Below are positions 7,582-17,543 of a stretch of 60,464 nucleotides of DNA, one piece after another. Made by a program: the position numbers and the translations under genes. Under the pieces are notes generated by a model. The model made no database searches, had not been told where the DNA came from, and saw only the letters and a program-made list of their open reading frames with translations. Numbering within the stretch: position 1 is the stretch's first letter; the number at the start of each line of letters is the position of its first letter. The stretch is from a virus (taxonomy: Duplodnaviria; Caudoviricetes): IMG/VR virus record IMGVR_UViG_3300037014_000313, positions 1-60,464 of that record; one strand, written 5' to 3'.

Positions 7582-8245
7582 GGTGTCTCCTGTCCATGAT
7601 TCCACGAACCTCCCGTAGCTGCGCAAGCTTCGTGTCGTTTCCGATAATCCAATTCGCGTGGTGCATCGCGATGTCACCGGGAGGGTCGAGGTCCATACCA
7701 GGAGTCCATGGCGAGCCGTGCGTCCAGTAGCGAGAAGGCAAGATCCCCATCTTTGCCTCATGCTCGTCTGCCGTCACGACCCGCAGCGCACCCTGATCGT
7801 CCACGGCCGGGTCGTCTTTGTAGCGCAGATACAACCGCGCCCTGTCGAACAGGTGCCACGATGCGGGCACGGCGCGGATGACCATGAAGCCGGCGCAGAG
7901 CCATTCAAGGACGGGAGCGTGCCACGATCTGCGGTCGTGCTGGAAGAGGACGTCGTAATTTTGCATCAGGGTCCGGATGTCGTCCGCGATCGGATGGAAG
8001 AACTGGATATCGACGTCGCTCATCACAAAGATCGACCCCTCCTGCTGTTGCATAATCTGACTCAGGACAAGGTCGAGTTTTTTCTCCATGATCTTGTGCC
8101 AGGCACCCTGGGCGTAAACAGCAGGGCCTGCGCTGAACAGCCGGATCACGGGGCAGCAGTCGGCCGGCACGGACCGCAGCCAGTGGTTTAGCATCTCCTC
8201 GTACAACCCTGAGGCGAAGGTGACAAGGTTGAGCCTTGGATCCAT
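7574..8245 (-). CDS. Nucleotide-diphospho-sugar transferase (GT-A fold, GT77-like)
   Basis: SDVDIQFF, LCAGFMVIR, DDQGAL, HHANW...K. Confidence 0.78.
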   Translation of the reverse strand: MDPRLNLVTFASGLYEEMLNHWLRSVPADCCPVIRLFSAGPAVYAQGAWHKIMEKKLDLVLSQIMQQQEGSIFVMSDVDIQFFHPIADDIRTLMQNYDVLFQHDRRSWHAPVLEWLCAGFMVIRAVPASWHLFDRARLYLRYKDDPAVDDQGALRVVTADEHEAKMGILPSRYWTHGSPWTPGMDLDPPGDIAMHHANWIIGNDTKLAQLREVRGIMDRRHHA

Positions 8246-8366
8246 GTCGTCTACCCCGAGGGGGATCGGGGCCCGCCCGGGCACAAAACGTGTCCGGGTA
8301 CACAACCGTGGAAGGACGGTCGTGGGAGCCTACGGACCCCGATCCTTTTCAAGGGCTCCTGCAGGA

Positions 8367-9083
8367 TCAGACCACCCCGGTGTCGTTCTTGTCGTAGATG
8401 CGGGAGTTGGCGTCAAGGAGACCCTTGTCGGCCATGACCTTCCTGATGATCTCCTTCAGGCCGTCACCGCTGGGAATCGCCGCGGAGAGTTCCTGCTTCA
8501 GGCCATCGGGAAGACCTGACTTCTGGATCTTGTCGATGGCGTAGCCCTGGATCTTGTCCAACCAGTCCCTCCCCTGATCCACCGCAACCTGAAGGCTTAC
8601 GAGCACGGCTTCGTTCTTGGCGGCGCCATTGCCGAGTCGGGGTGAGATCTTGCTGATGATGGGTCCTACGAACGGGATCGCCCCGAGGCTGCCGCTTCGA
8701 AGTGCAGCACCCAGCAGGGTGAGACCGGCTCCGATCGCAAACGCCATGCCTCCGAAGGTGGTAGCCTGTTTCTTGTGCTCGGCTTCAGACTTCTTTCGTT
8801 CCTCGTCCGATGTCTCGGGGCTGTAGGGCTGGAGACGTGCCGGATCCTTGGGCGGCCCCCAGTTTTCCTTCTGCTTGGCGCTGTTGAGCTCGATGTCCTT
8901 GGCGGCAGCCTTCGCCTTGTCGGGGACGGTGGCATCGGCCTGGATGCGCTTCGCCGCCTCCTCGTTCTGGTGCGCCAGCGCCCTGTCGCCATCCGTCACC
9001 GTGTTCTTCGACGTCGACGCGAAGCATCCCGTGAGAAAGGGAACCAACATGACAAACACCACGACCGCCATGAATCGCCTCAT
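8367..9083 (-). CDS. Putative lipoprotein with an internal membrane segment (possibly lysis- or spanin-related)
   Basis: AGGAGG RBS; signal peptide MRRFMAVVVFVMLVPFLTG-C with lipobox; second hydrophobic stretch FGGMAFAIGAGLTLLG. Confidence 0.6.
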   Translation of the reverse strand: MRRFMAVVVFVMLVPFLTGCFASTSKNTVTDGDRALAHQNEEAAKRIQADATVPDKAKAAAKDIELNSAKQKENWGPPKDPARLQPYSPETSDEERKKSEAEHKKQATTFGGMAFAIGAGLTLLGAALRSGSLGAIPFVGPIISKISPRLGNGAAKNEAVLVSLQVAVDQGRDWLDKIQGYAIDKIQKSGLPDGLKQELSAAIPSGDGLKEIIRKVMADKGLLDANSRIYDKNDTGVV

Positions 9084-9147
9084 CTCATTCCTCCTGAAAA
9101 AGAAATCAACAGATCCCACATGAAAAACGCTTTTGACTGGACCACGT

Positions 9148-9408
9148 CTACTTCGGCACGCCCTTAAACCAATTCCAGGCGCCGATGAGGAAGGTGACGA
9201 TGACAGCGCCCCAGATGGCCATCCACCACTTCTGCGTCTCCTTGTGGTCGTCGAGGTGGCCACGAAGGGTTTCCTTGTGCGCGCCCATGCAGACATGGAT
9301 CTCGGTCACGGTCTTCATGTCCGAGACCATGTGATCCCTGATGTCGACAGAGAGGGAATCGATCTTCGAATGCAAGACCCCGATCGCCTCTCTCAGTTCT
9401 GCGTCCAT
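9148..9408 (-). CDS. Small coiled-coil protein with a C-terminal TM helix (holin/XhlA-like)
   Basis: WWMAIWGAVIVTFLIGAW; lies after the tail genes. Confidence 0.55.
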   Translation of the reverse strand: MDAELREAIGVLHSKIDSLSVDIRDHMVSDMKTVTEIHVCMGAHKETLRGHLDDHKETQKWWMAIWGAVIVTFLIGAWNWFKGVPK

Positions 9409-9417
9409 GGTGCGCTC

Positions 9418-9615
9418 CTATTCCTTTTCAAGACGACGATGGATGGCGTTCATGGCGGTTTCGACGGCAACCTTTTCCTCGGTCGTGAGGTCTTCGGAGG
9501 TTGTAATTGCGGAGAGTCTGTCTCCGTCTTTGTAGACACGGACAACCTTCTCGCACGCCCCCATGGCGGCCATGCACAACTCGGTGCAGTCGTAATCGTA
9601 CTTGTAGGTTGCCAT
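9418..9615 (-). CDS. Hypothetical protein
   Basis: Tightly packed in the late operon. Confidence 0.6.
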   Translation of the reverse strand: MATYKYDYDCTELCMAAMGACEKVVRVYKDGDRLSAITTSEDLTTEEKVAVETAMNAIHRRLEKE

Positions 9616-9616
9616 T

Positions 9617-11221
9617 TCAGTAGGTCTCCACGACGCACACGGTATCGGAACATCCTGTTGACACAGCGGTTTGAAGCTTGAGCGAGACGTCGTCGTTGGC
9701 GGCGAAGCTTGCGCTCACGGCATCGATCGACGCCAGCGTGTTCAGTCCTGTCAGGCTCACCGTAAGGGTGGTGTCGACTCCGTTCTTTCTCACGGTCCAG
9801 GTGTCGGTCTTGCCGACTCCTGGGGGCGTCTGGCTGCGGGCGTGCAGTTTCTTGATAACGCATTTTCGCGGAACGTTAAGCTTGATCTCGGTCGCCGTGA
9901 CCGCGGCAGAACCGGGACGGTAGAATCTCGTGGCATTCGAAGGCGAGCCGCCGGGATCCGCCCAGACGATGGAGAACGAGATCTGTGTCGCCGTGAACCC
10001 ATAGCCATTTGCGTTGGAATGGATGAGATCGATCTGGCCCAGCTCCATGTTCCCCAGGGTCCTGGACACGTCAGCGAGATCTCCATCGGCAACGCCCGTG
10101 ACGGCCCCGAGGAGGCAGCCGGCGAAGTTGGTCTCTATGGCGATGGCATCGATTCCGCCGTGGACGACCCAGTTGCAGTCCCTGACGAAGAAGTTGGAAG
10201 CGGAGACGTTCTGGAGCAGGGCCCGCTTGACTCCGCTTCCTGTTGAATTCACGGTGACTGAACTGGCGTGGATGGCATTGACTTCGCGTGCGGGCATGCC
10301 CGTGCATTGGACGAGGATCCCGGTGACGTTCGAAGCGCCGGGCCCGGCGCCGGAGTTGTCGATTTCGAGATCGACGTGATCCACCTCTGCGGTCAGATTT
10401 GTGGTGCCGCCGAACTTGATCCCCGTCAGCGTGTAATGCCCGGCAGAGGTGAGTTCGAGCTCGAAGTCCTGGATGTACGAGTTCTCACCCATCGTGACAA
10501 GGGTTGTGTCGGCCGTGACGTTCAGGAGCTTGATCCGACAGACGGCTTCGGAGACTCCACGAAGTGAAATACCTGTTGGAATCACAAGCCCGCCCACTGG
10601 AGGCGTATAGATTCCAGGCATCACCAGAACCGCATCCCCGGAGATCGAAGCCGCAAGCGCGGCCTGGATGGTTTGGAATGGGCGTGTCGTGTCTTCTCGG
10701 GCGCCCGTGGCGTCGTTGCCGTAGGTTCCGTCGACGATCGTCAGGTTGCCGCGAAGAAAGGCGGTGGGGCCCAGGTATTCGGATGGCGTGAACCACTTCG
10801 TGGTGCCGTCGTTGTCGATCCAGACCGAACGATACTGCGACACCAGGTCCTTGTAGGCGGCGCCGTTGATGGTGTCGGTGGCATTCTGGATCCTGACGTA
10901 ATTGGCCGAGGCGTCCATCTTCATGATGGCGTACTGCCGCCCCGGCTCGTCGACGGCCTTCGGGATCGTGATCGTGACGTTCCCAGCCGTGGCGTCCACG
11001 GGGATGAAGAAGTCGTTGACGGTGGCGATGTAGTCGGCGGTCTGCGGCCTGACTTTCGAGATCGACAGCAGCGCCTCCACGAGGGCCACGCCTTCGAGCG
11101 CCATCTGATGCCAGCCCTGGGGCTTGGGATAGAGGAACTTGTTGCCGGCAACGAGGCCTGAAGTGGGGGTCTCCTGCTCCAGGCGATCGATCAGGGCGTC
11201 AACGTGTCTCTGGTCCACCAT
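9617..11221 (-). CDS. Tail fibre/spike protein with a beta-helix-like region
   Basis: VDATAGNVTITIP module; DGTYGND...PFQTIQAAL...GDAVLVMPGIY beta-helix start. Confidence 0.75.
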   Translation of the reverse strand: MVDQRHVDALIDRLEQETPTSGLVAGNKFLYPKPQGWHQMALEGVALVEALLSISKVRPQTADYIATVNDFFIPVDATAGNVTITIPKAVDEPGRQYAIMKMDASANYVRIQNATDTINGAAYKDLVSQYRSVWIDNDGTTKWFTPSEYLGPTAFLRGNLTIVDGTYGNDATGAREDTTRPFQTIQAALAASISGDAVLVMPGIYTPPVGGLVIPTGISLRGVSEAVCRIKLLNVTADTTLVTMGENSYIQDFELELTSAGHYTLTGIKFGGTTNLTAEVDHVDLEIDNSGAGPGASNVTGILVQCTGMPAREVNAIHASSVTVNSTGSGVKRALLQNVSASNFFVRDCNWVVHGGIDAIAIETNFAGCLLGAVTGVADGDLADVSRTLGNMELGQIDLIHSNANGYGFTATQISFSIVWADPGGSPSNATRFYRPGSAAVTATEIKLNVPRKCVIKKLHARSQTPPGVGKTDTWTVRKNGVDTTLTVSLTGLNTLASIDAVSASFAANDDVSLKLQTAVSTGCSDTVCVVETY

Positions 11222-11796
11222 CAGATGTTACCTCTTGCGGTCTTGTACGCAAGCTCGATGTCGGAGATCTCCAGCCATTGGCCGGTGGCGTTCGTGTTGG
11301 ATTCGAGCTCGAGGGTGGCGAAGTCGCCTGGGTAGTAGGTGTGGGATGGCGTCAACAGCTTGAGCTCGTAATCGGGAGTCGCGATGGTGGGAAAGATGCT
11401 GATGCCGTTGATGGCGGGATCGGTGACGCTGCCGTGGTACAGGGTCGCGAGGAAGCTGACGGGGGTCGCCGCCGAGCGCCTGACTTTGAAGATGAGAGCG
11501 TCCGCGGGAAAGCGGCCGAAGTCGTCGGGGAGGATGAACGTCTTCCGGATCTTCGACTGCTTCGCGCCGCCGTTCACGGCGGTGACGCGCGTCGTCAGCC
11601 GATGCGGGACCGCGTCGAAGACGGTGTCCATGACGTGACCGCTCACGGCCTGGTAGAAGTGCCACTGCGTCTGCTCGAGGGGGATGTAGTGACGGAGGTT
11701 CTTGATGCCGTCGTGGCCGAACTGCACGTCGGTCAGGAGGTAGACGAACTCCCCCGCCTGGATCTCCTCGTGCCTGATCGGACGCAGGGCTTTCAT
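11221..11796 (-). CDS. Putative tail protein
   Basis: Coupled ORF in the tail module. Confidence 0.6.
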   Translation of the reverse strand: MKALRPIRHEEIQAGEFVYLLTDVQFGHDGIKNLRHYIPLEQTQWHFYQAVSGHVMDTVFDAVPHRLTTRVTAVNGGAKQSKIRKTFILPDDFGRFPADALIFKVRRSAATPVSFLATLYHGSVTDPAINGISIFPTIATPDYELKLLTPSHTYYPGDFATLELESNTNATGQWLEISDIELAYKTARGNI

Positions 11797-12296
11797 TCCG
11801 GCTTAAAGGCAAATGCGTGGCGAAGGGACCAGATTTCGACGCCCTTCGCCATCGGAGTAAAAATGGACGAATTCTTCCTCACCACATAAAGGGTATAGGC
11901 TCGGCCGGAGGAATCGTCAAGATGTCTGAAGGTGGTGACCAGCCTCTTGAAGATCTTGTTGTCGATGTTCGTGGAGTCGAACAGGAAGGCCCTGCCGATG
12001 AACTCCTGCGGCGGGCCGTCATTTTCGAACTCGGCGATGAGGATCTGGAGCTCGAGGAACTCGCCGGGAGGAATGATTTCGGAAACCTTGATCCAGTGCT
12101 CGATCCTGACGGAGCCGTAGCCCACGGGCTTCGAGAACGTCCCCGTCCCCATCGTGTCCTTGCCTTCGACGTAATCGAAGACGTTGACCCTCTGCGTGCC
12201 GCCGGGGGACTGAGGCGGCGCCCAGCCCCACTGGACCTGTTGGGTCGCAGGGCTTGACAGCGTGCATTCTTCGATGGCGATTTCAGGGCTGTTCAT
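11793..12296 (-). CDS. Putative tail protein
   Basis: ATGA-coupled start MNSPEIAIEE. Confidence 0.6.
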   Translation of the reverse strand: MNSPEIAIEECTLSSPATQQVQWGWAPPQSPGGTQRVNVFDYVEGKDTMGTGTFSKPVGYGSVRIEHWIKVSEIIPPGEFLELQILIAEFENDGPPQEFIGRAFLFDSTNIDNKIFKRLVTTFRHLDDSSGRAYTLYVVRKNSSIFTPMAKGVEIWSLRHAFAFKPE

Positions 12297-13984
12297 GGAC
12301 GCTCCGGATTGGGAACCCAGACCCATTTGTTGTTGATGGAGTCCCAAATGTGAGTCCCGAATTCCCGCAGTTGTCCGGGAGTATGAGGTGGCGGCGGCGG
12401 CATGGGAGGACGATTCGTGTTCGAAGGCGGCTTCGTCCCGTCATACTTTCCAGGGGCCGGCGCCGGAGCTCCAGATGCGCCGCCTCCGGATCCGGAATAG
12501 CTGCCGGGATTGTGGTGCCAGCTAAACGACGTGATGTCGCTCCCCCCTCCTCCAGGGCCAGTAGACATGATCATCGGACGCCATTCGCCGCACTCGTGGC
12601 CGATCCGGGTCTCGTGATCCTTGAGGTTGGTGTCGAAGATCATCTCCCCGCAAATCGGCGTCGACGTCGCCGCGGCTTCCTTCTGCTTGGCACTTTCCGT
12701 GGCGACGGCGGGAAGGCTGCCACCAAGGACGACTGTCGGAGGGAATCCTGCGGTCGGAGTCCTTCCTCCGACGTTCGGGCATTGGACGGGCTCGGTGAAG
12801 TAGATGCGGCCGCTCATGCGCTTGCCGATGGGCACGCACTTCGAATCCCCTGACTTCTGGAAGTGGGCGTCGTGGCGAAGGTACGGGATCCCCACGGGCT
12901 GGTTAAAGCGATTGCGCCACCGCGGAAGCCCGGCGTCCTCGCATTCCCTGGCGTCGATGCCGATGATGTCGTTGATCTGGCCGAGGAAGTCTAGATAGCC
13001 TTCGTAAAGCCACCCGCCCTGGAAGTAGGATTCCGTGGAGGGCTTGTCTTTGCCCTGCATTCCACCTTCGATGGAGAGATAGCCGGGGATGTAGAAATGG
13101 GCGGAATAACCTTCGGAATCTGGTCCGTCTTGATGCTCGTTTTCCTGCTTCAGATATCGCTTGAGTGGCCGATCGTCAGCGGTGATGTTCAGGCACGTCT
13201 TCCAGATGCCGTCCGCGTAGGTCTCGAGATCGCCATCAATCGCGCCGTAGCCGGGGCTGCGTTCGATCCCATCGCTGAGCGCGACACCGAATTCGTCGAC
13301 GTCTTCAACGGCCAGCGACGAGTTGATGGTCTGTCCGTCTGATTGCGGCGTTCCAGCGAATGCGCCATCACCAGTGAACCGCATCCGCTTCAGCGGCACA
13401 CTTTGCGTGGACTGTGGAACCATGAGGTCGTTGATCCTGGAGAAGTACCGGCGCGGGAAATCGAAGCCCTTGTCGTCATCGGCAAGTGGCCGGCGCGAGA
13501 TGACGAGGCTGGAGCGATTGAGCCCGTCCATCGACGATGGTTGCCACGATGGATATCCTTTGTGCGGCTCATAGAAGTCCGACACAATGGACATCTCGAA
13601 TCCAACGGTGTCGGAAGGGACGTCCCATGACAGCGCGGCGTCCGATTCCGGTTCTTCAGCCCGATCCGACGCAACGGTGTCGACTCCGCGCGTCAGCCAT
13701 CTCGCTTCGAATGCCTGCTTGCCGGGCTCGGCGAAGTGCCGGTAGTTGACCTGGTCGATGACGAATCCACCGAACTTGGGCCTGAAGTTCCATTCCTTCT
13801 CGCGCATCCACGACCGTTCGCCGGTCTTGCTGACGTAGCCGATGTCGACGAACCGCGAGATGTTCCAGCCGTCGGACTGCACGAGTTCTGGGCCGGCGAA
13901 CGGATCCGATGACGTCTCCCTGATGGGATGAAGCGCGGCATCGAGTTCGTTGTCGGGATAACGGGTGCCCTTGGAGGACGGCAT
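12293..13984 (-). CDS. Putative tail-tip protein with a Gly/Pro-rich C-terminus
   Basis: 563-aa ORF in the tail module. Confidence 0.6.
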   Translation of the reverse strand: MPSSKGTRYPDNELDAALHPIRETSSDPFAGPELVQSDGWNISRFVDIGYVSKTGERSWMREKEWNFRPKFGGFVIDQVNYRHFAEPGKQAFEARWLTRGVDTVASDRAEEPESDAALSWDVPSDTVGFEMSIVSDFYEPHKGYPSWQPSSMDGLNRSSLVISRRPLADDDKGFDFPRRYFSRINDLMVPQSTQSVPLKRMRFTGDGAFAGTPQSDGQTINSSLAVEDVDEFGVALSDGIERSPGYGAIDGDLETYADGIWKTCLNITADDRPLKRYLKQENEHQDGPDSEGYSAHFYIPGYLSIEGGMQGKDKPSTESYFQGGWLYEGYLDFLGQINDIIGIDARECEDAGLPRWRNRFNQPVGIPYLRHDAHFQKSGDSKCVPIGKRMSGRIYFTEPVQCPNVGGRTPTAGFPPTVVLGGSLPAVATESAKQKEAAATSTPICGEMIFDTNLKDHETRIGHECGEWRPMIMSTGPGGGGSDITSFSWHHNPGSYSGSGGGASGAPAPAPGKYDGTKPPSNTNRPPMPPPPPHTPGQLREFGTHIWDSINNKWVWVPNPERP

Positions 13985-16407
13985 TACTGCGCCCCTCCTT
14001 CCCGCGGAAACGGCTTCATGTGCGCGGACTGAGTCGCGACAGCCGGAGGCCGGCCTTCGATCCCGTGCATGAAGCGATTCACGCTTGAGATGGTCGTGGC
14101 TTCAGGAGGATCCTGGAGCGAGAGCTTGAACACAACCTCCGGACGGGTCCCGCACACCGTCAGCGGCCAGAATCCGATGAAGTTGAACTGGCCCCCGGCA
14201 ATCGGCTTCTCGGCCTTGCTGAGATACTGCTGGGCCTGCATCTCCGAAAGCGTGTCCAGGGCCTTCTTGTTCGTGGCGCCGTTTATGGCGATGAACTGGG
14301 TCAAGCCCTTGACCTTGATGGGGAAGGCCGGGGCCTCGGGGAATGAACCGGCGCGATAGCGGTAGTAGTCGTCGCTGCGGCCGTAGCTGCGATACCACGA
14401 CCAGATGCCGATGATCCTGGGCTCGATGACGGTGCATTCCGTGAGGTTGAGGACTTCGCGATCGCCTTCGCCGCCATCGGGCAACGCCACCTTTTCGACC
14501 CTGACGGGTGCGATGTCTTCGGCAAGCTTCGCGAACGTCTTGGGATCGTAAGACAGCGGGATGGAATCGACGTTGATGAAAACGCGCTTCCCCTTGAAGA
14601 ACTCAAGCATCAATTTCCTGATTTCGTAGGTCGAGTCCGTGAAGATCTTCGACTCCTTGTCGCCACCCCTGTAGATGACGCCGTCTATCACTTCTTGGAT
14701 TTTTGTTGAAAGCGCCAGGGCGTCTTCCTTGTAGTTCTCGATCGCGCGCAGCAGCCAGTCCAGATCGTGTCCGTCCCCGAGGGCCTTGAACGCATACGTG
14801 GGCGAGTACACGAGAGTCCCCATCACCTCCTTGAACGTGACCACCCCTTTCTTGGCATCGACCATTGCGAGATCGGTCTCGTCGATGTACATGAGGCTCC
14901 TGTTTCCGAACAGTGCCTTTCTCCCCGGCCTCCGCTCCTGCGTGGGCGTCCATGCGTCCGAAAAGAACGCGGCGCCGCGCGGGAGCGACATGTTGCCGAA
15001 GTTCAGGGCGTGGCTTGCCCCTTCAGCCCTTTCCAGTTGCATGGGCAGGAACTTTCTGAACGCGCCATTGACCATGTAGCTCTTGAAGAGGTGGGCGTGG
15101 AGGCTGCTGATGATCTGCTTCCGGATCTCATCGCTGATGGTTTTCGGGACGACTTCCTCGAACGCGGAGGATTCGTCCTTGTCCCAGTTGGCGATGACGG
15201 CTCTACGGGCGCGCACATTGTCGATGCCGTGGGCGTCCATGAACGTATTCGCTGGGATCCACTGTCCCTGCCGACCGAGAAGCCCATTCTTCTTCTCGAT
15301 GTAGCCGACATCCTTCACAACATTGATCCAATTCGGGCACTGGACTTCTTCGACGACGCGCTCGCCGATGATCTCCACGGACAACGGCTCGAGGTCGAGC
15401 GTGATCGACTTCTCGGCGACGTATCCTTCCTGCCTGTATTCTTCCGGGATCGCGTCTTCGCTGCCGCTGAACTGGGATCTCCCGGCCGGCTTCTGGCTCT
15501 GGACCCTGTCGTAAAGCGAGAACAGGGAGCCATCATACGTGGGACAAAGGACGAGATCATACCTCTGGAAAAGATCGTCAATGGCCTTCTTTGCCAGCAA
15601 CCCGCCACCGTACTTCAGGTTGTACGGCACTTTGCCGTCGATGTTCTTGGAGATGATCTCGAGCTTCGGCGGGCCCGGGAGTTGCTGAAAGAACTTGTCG
15701 ACCAAAGCCCTCAGGGACCATGGCAAGCTTTTCTTCTTGGGGCCGATGTTCTTCATGATCGATTCCGGATCAAGAAGAGGACGCCATGGATCTCCCCCCG
15801 TCAGTGCTTCATCCATGTCCTTCGTGTTTGTCAATTTGAGAGTTTGTGGATCCCAGACCAAAAGGTCGCCCCAGGCTGATTCCTCCAGGGCGTTGACGGT
15901 GCGGTTGTAGTCCCCGAAGACGTAGCCGCCCATCCCCCAGATGATGCGTTCGTCGGCGAGCTCGATCTTCACGATCGCCACGCTGGAGTCGACCGCGCTG
16001 ACGTCTTCGATGACGGCTTCGGTCCAGAAGATATTCTTCAGCGTCACCCACGACGTTTCGGCGATCTGGTTTGTGCTTTCAAGTAGAAATCTGAGATCGC
16101 CGAATGGCCCACGGAGCTTCGTCGATGGCGGCGGATTTTCGACACTGGGCCTTTCCTCGGCTACGGTCTCTCCTTTGGAATACTTCAGCGTGGGCTCCCA
16201 GGACTTCTGAATCTCTGCCTTGGTGTTGTCCTTTTCCCTCGCGCGGAGATAGAAGGCCTTCATCATTTGGAGCTTGGCCGATTTCGGGAGAGACCCGCCA
16301 AGATCTGACAGGAGGACTCGACACCATCCGCGCCCGGGCTCCATTCCAGCCCGATGCGAGAACTCGCCATCCAGGATCGGGACGTCTTGATATGTCCCGC
16401 GAATCAT
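13984..16407 (-). CDS. Putative tail hub/baseplate protein
   Basis: Large ORF two genes after the tape measure; ATGA-coupled start MIRGTY. Confidence 0.6.
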   Translation of the reverse strand: MIRGTYQDVPILDGEFSHRAGMEPGRGWCRVLLSDLGGSLPKSAKLQMMKAFYLRAREKDNTKAEIQKSWEPTLKYSKGETVAEERPSVENPPPSTKLRGPFGDLRFLLESTNQIAETSWVTLKNIFWTEAVIEDVSAVDSSVAIVKIELADERIIWGMGGYVFGDYNRTVNALEESAWGDLLVWDPQTLKLTNTKDMDEALTGGDPWRPLLDPESIMKNIGPKKKSLPWSLRALVDKFFQQLPGPPKLEIISKNIDGKVPYNLKYGGGLLAKKAIDDLFQRYDLVLCPTYDGSLFSLYDRVQSQKPAGRSQFSGSEDAIPEEYRQEGYVAEKSITLDLEPLSVEIIGERVVEEVQCPNWINVVKDVGYIEKKNGLLGRQGQWIPANTFMDAHGIDNVRARRAVIANWDKDESSAFEEVVPKTISDEIRKQIISSLHAHLFKSYMVNGAFRKFLPMQLERAEGASHALNFGNMSLPRGAAFFSDAWTPTQERRPGRKALFGNRSLMYIDETDLAMVDAKKGVVTFKEVMGTLVYSPTYAFKALGDGHDLDWLLRAIENYKEDALALSTKIQEVIDGVIYRGGDKESKIFTDSTYEIRKLMLEFFKGKRVFINVDSIPLSYDPKTFAKLAEDIAPVRVEKVALPDGGEGDREVLNLTECTVIEPRIIGIWSWYRSYGRSDDYYRYRAGSFPEAPAFPIKVKGLTQFIAINGATNKKALDTLSEMQAQQYLSKAEKPIAGGQFNFIGFWPLTVCGTRPEVVFKLSLQDPPEATTISSVNRFMHGIEGRPPAVATQSAHMKPFPREGGAQ

Positions 16408-17540
16408 TCCGGGCCGCCTTCTTTCCTCGCGAAGGGCCTGATCCATTCGCCGCGGTCGGGGCCGGACTCGCCGAACTCGCAGGAGACGTTGTAGTCCATG
16501 CCCCAGATTTGGGGGACGCTGTCATCTGCAGGTTCAGAAGGTTCAGATTTCGGGAGCCCGAGTTCGCCATCAACCCCAAATCCAAAGCTGAACCCGCCTC
16601 CCTTGGACGTGGGCGTCTTCCTCTTCCACTTGGCGACGTAGACGGCGCCGAGCTTGATGTCGGTGACGACATCGGTGACGTTGTTGGTCGCCTGGCTGAT
16701 GATGCCGTTGACGATGTCGCTCGGCCCGGGCATGGCGCTGACGTCGTAGGTTTCGACGTGTCCGTCGGCGTCAATCCTTGTCGTCCCAAGTCCTCCACGA
16801 ATGAGAACTGGAGCTCCCCCCGTGCGATAGAATCTGCTGCTTCTTTCCCCGGGGGCCCTGGTGACACGCTCTCTCCAGAGCCGCATCTTCAACTCGATGG
16901 GTTCACCGTTGCTGGAAATGTCCGGGGTCTCGTATTCCCACACCCCCGTCACGATCCCGTCGTATTCCACCTTCTTGATGGACTCGCGGGTGAACCCTTC
17001 CCAGGTCGGCCTCTGCGCGACGACGAAATCATACGGGGCCACAAGGTCTCCGTTTTGCCCCGTCGCAGATGCTTCCCGGCGCAGCGTGTACTTGACTTTT
17101 CCCGTCACGAAATCGGTGTCGATGAACTGCTCGTCACTCCTGGTGACGTCGACGATCCCGGGGATCCGCACCGCCCGTTCCTCTTCGACGTCAAACGTGA
17201 AGTTGATGTGGTTGACGAACCCTCCACCCTCTTCCTTCGAGACGAGGTTGAGGATGTGGCCTCTGGTGAACTTGTAAAGGACGGCGCCGGCCGGGGAGAT
17301 CCTGAACGTGACCGTTGCCGGCCTTCCGGAATGCGCGATGTTTCTCAGCAGATTCCATTTCGTCCACAAGACGGCGGGGTCGTTTTCGCTGAACCATCCC
17401 TCGACGGGAAGGCTGTCGACGACGTTGACCTCGTGCCCGCTGCGCTTCCACGCAAACTGCATCCGAGGGAAGAACTTCGGCGTAATGTCGAAGAGGATGT
17501 CCCCCAACGCGCTCTGGATGTACATCTCGTAGTTTGACAT
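16404..17540 (-). CDS. Putative distal tail protein
   Basis: Immediately follows the tape measure gene. Confidence 0.55.
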   Translation of the reverse strand: MSNYEMYIQSALGDILFDITPKFFPRMQFAWKRSGHEVNVVDSLPVEGWFSENDPAVLWTKWNLLRNIAHSGRPATVTFRISPAGAVLYKFTRGHILNLVSKEEGGGFVNHINFTFDVEEERAVRIPGIVDVTRSDEQFIDTDFVTGKVKYTLRREASATGQNGDLVAPYDFVVAQRPTWEGFTRESIKKVEYDGIVTGVWEYETPDISSNGEPIELKMRLWRERVTRAPGERSSRFYRTGGAPVLIRGGLGTTRIDADGHVETYDVSAMPGPSDIVNGIISQATNNVTDVVTDIKLGAVYVAKWKRKTPTSKGGGFSFGFGVDGELGLPKSEPSEPADDSVPQIWGMDYNVSCEFGESGPDRGEWIRPFARKEGGPE

Positions 17541-17543
17541 TCT

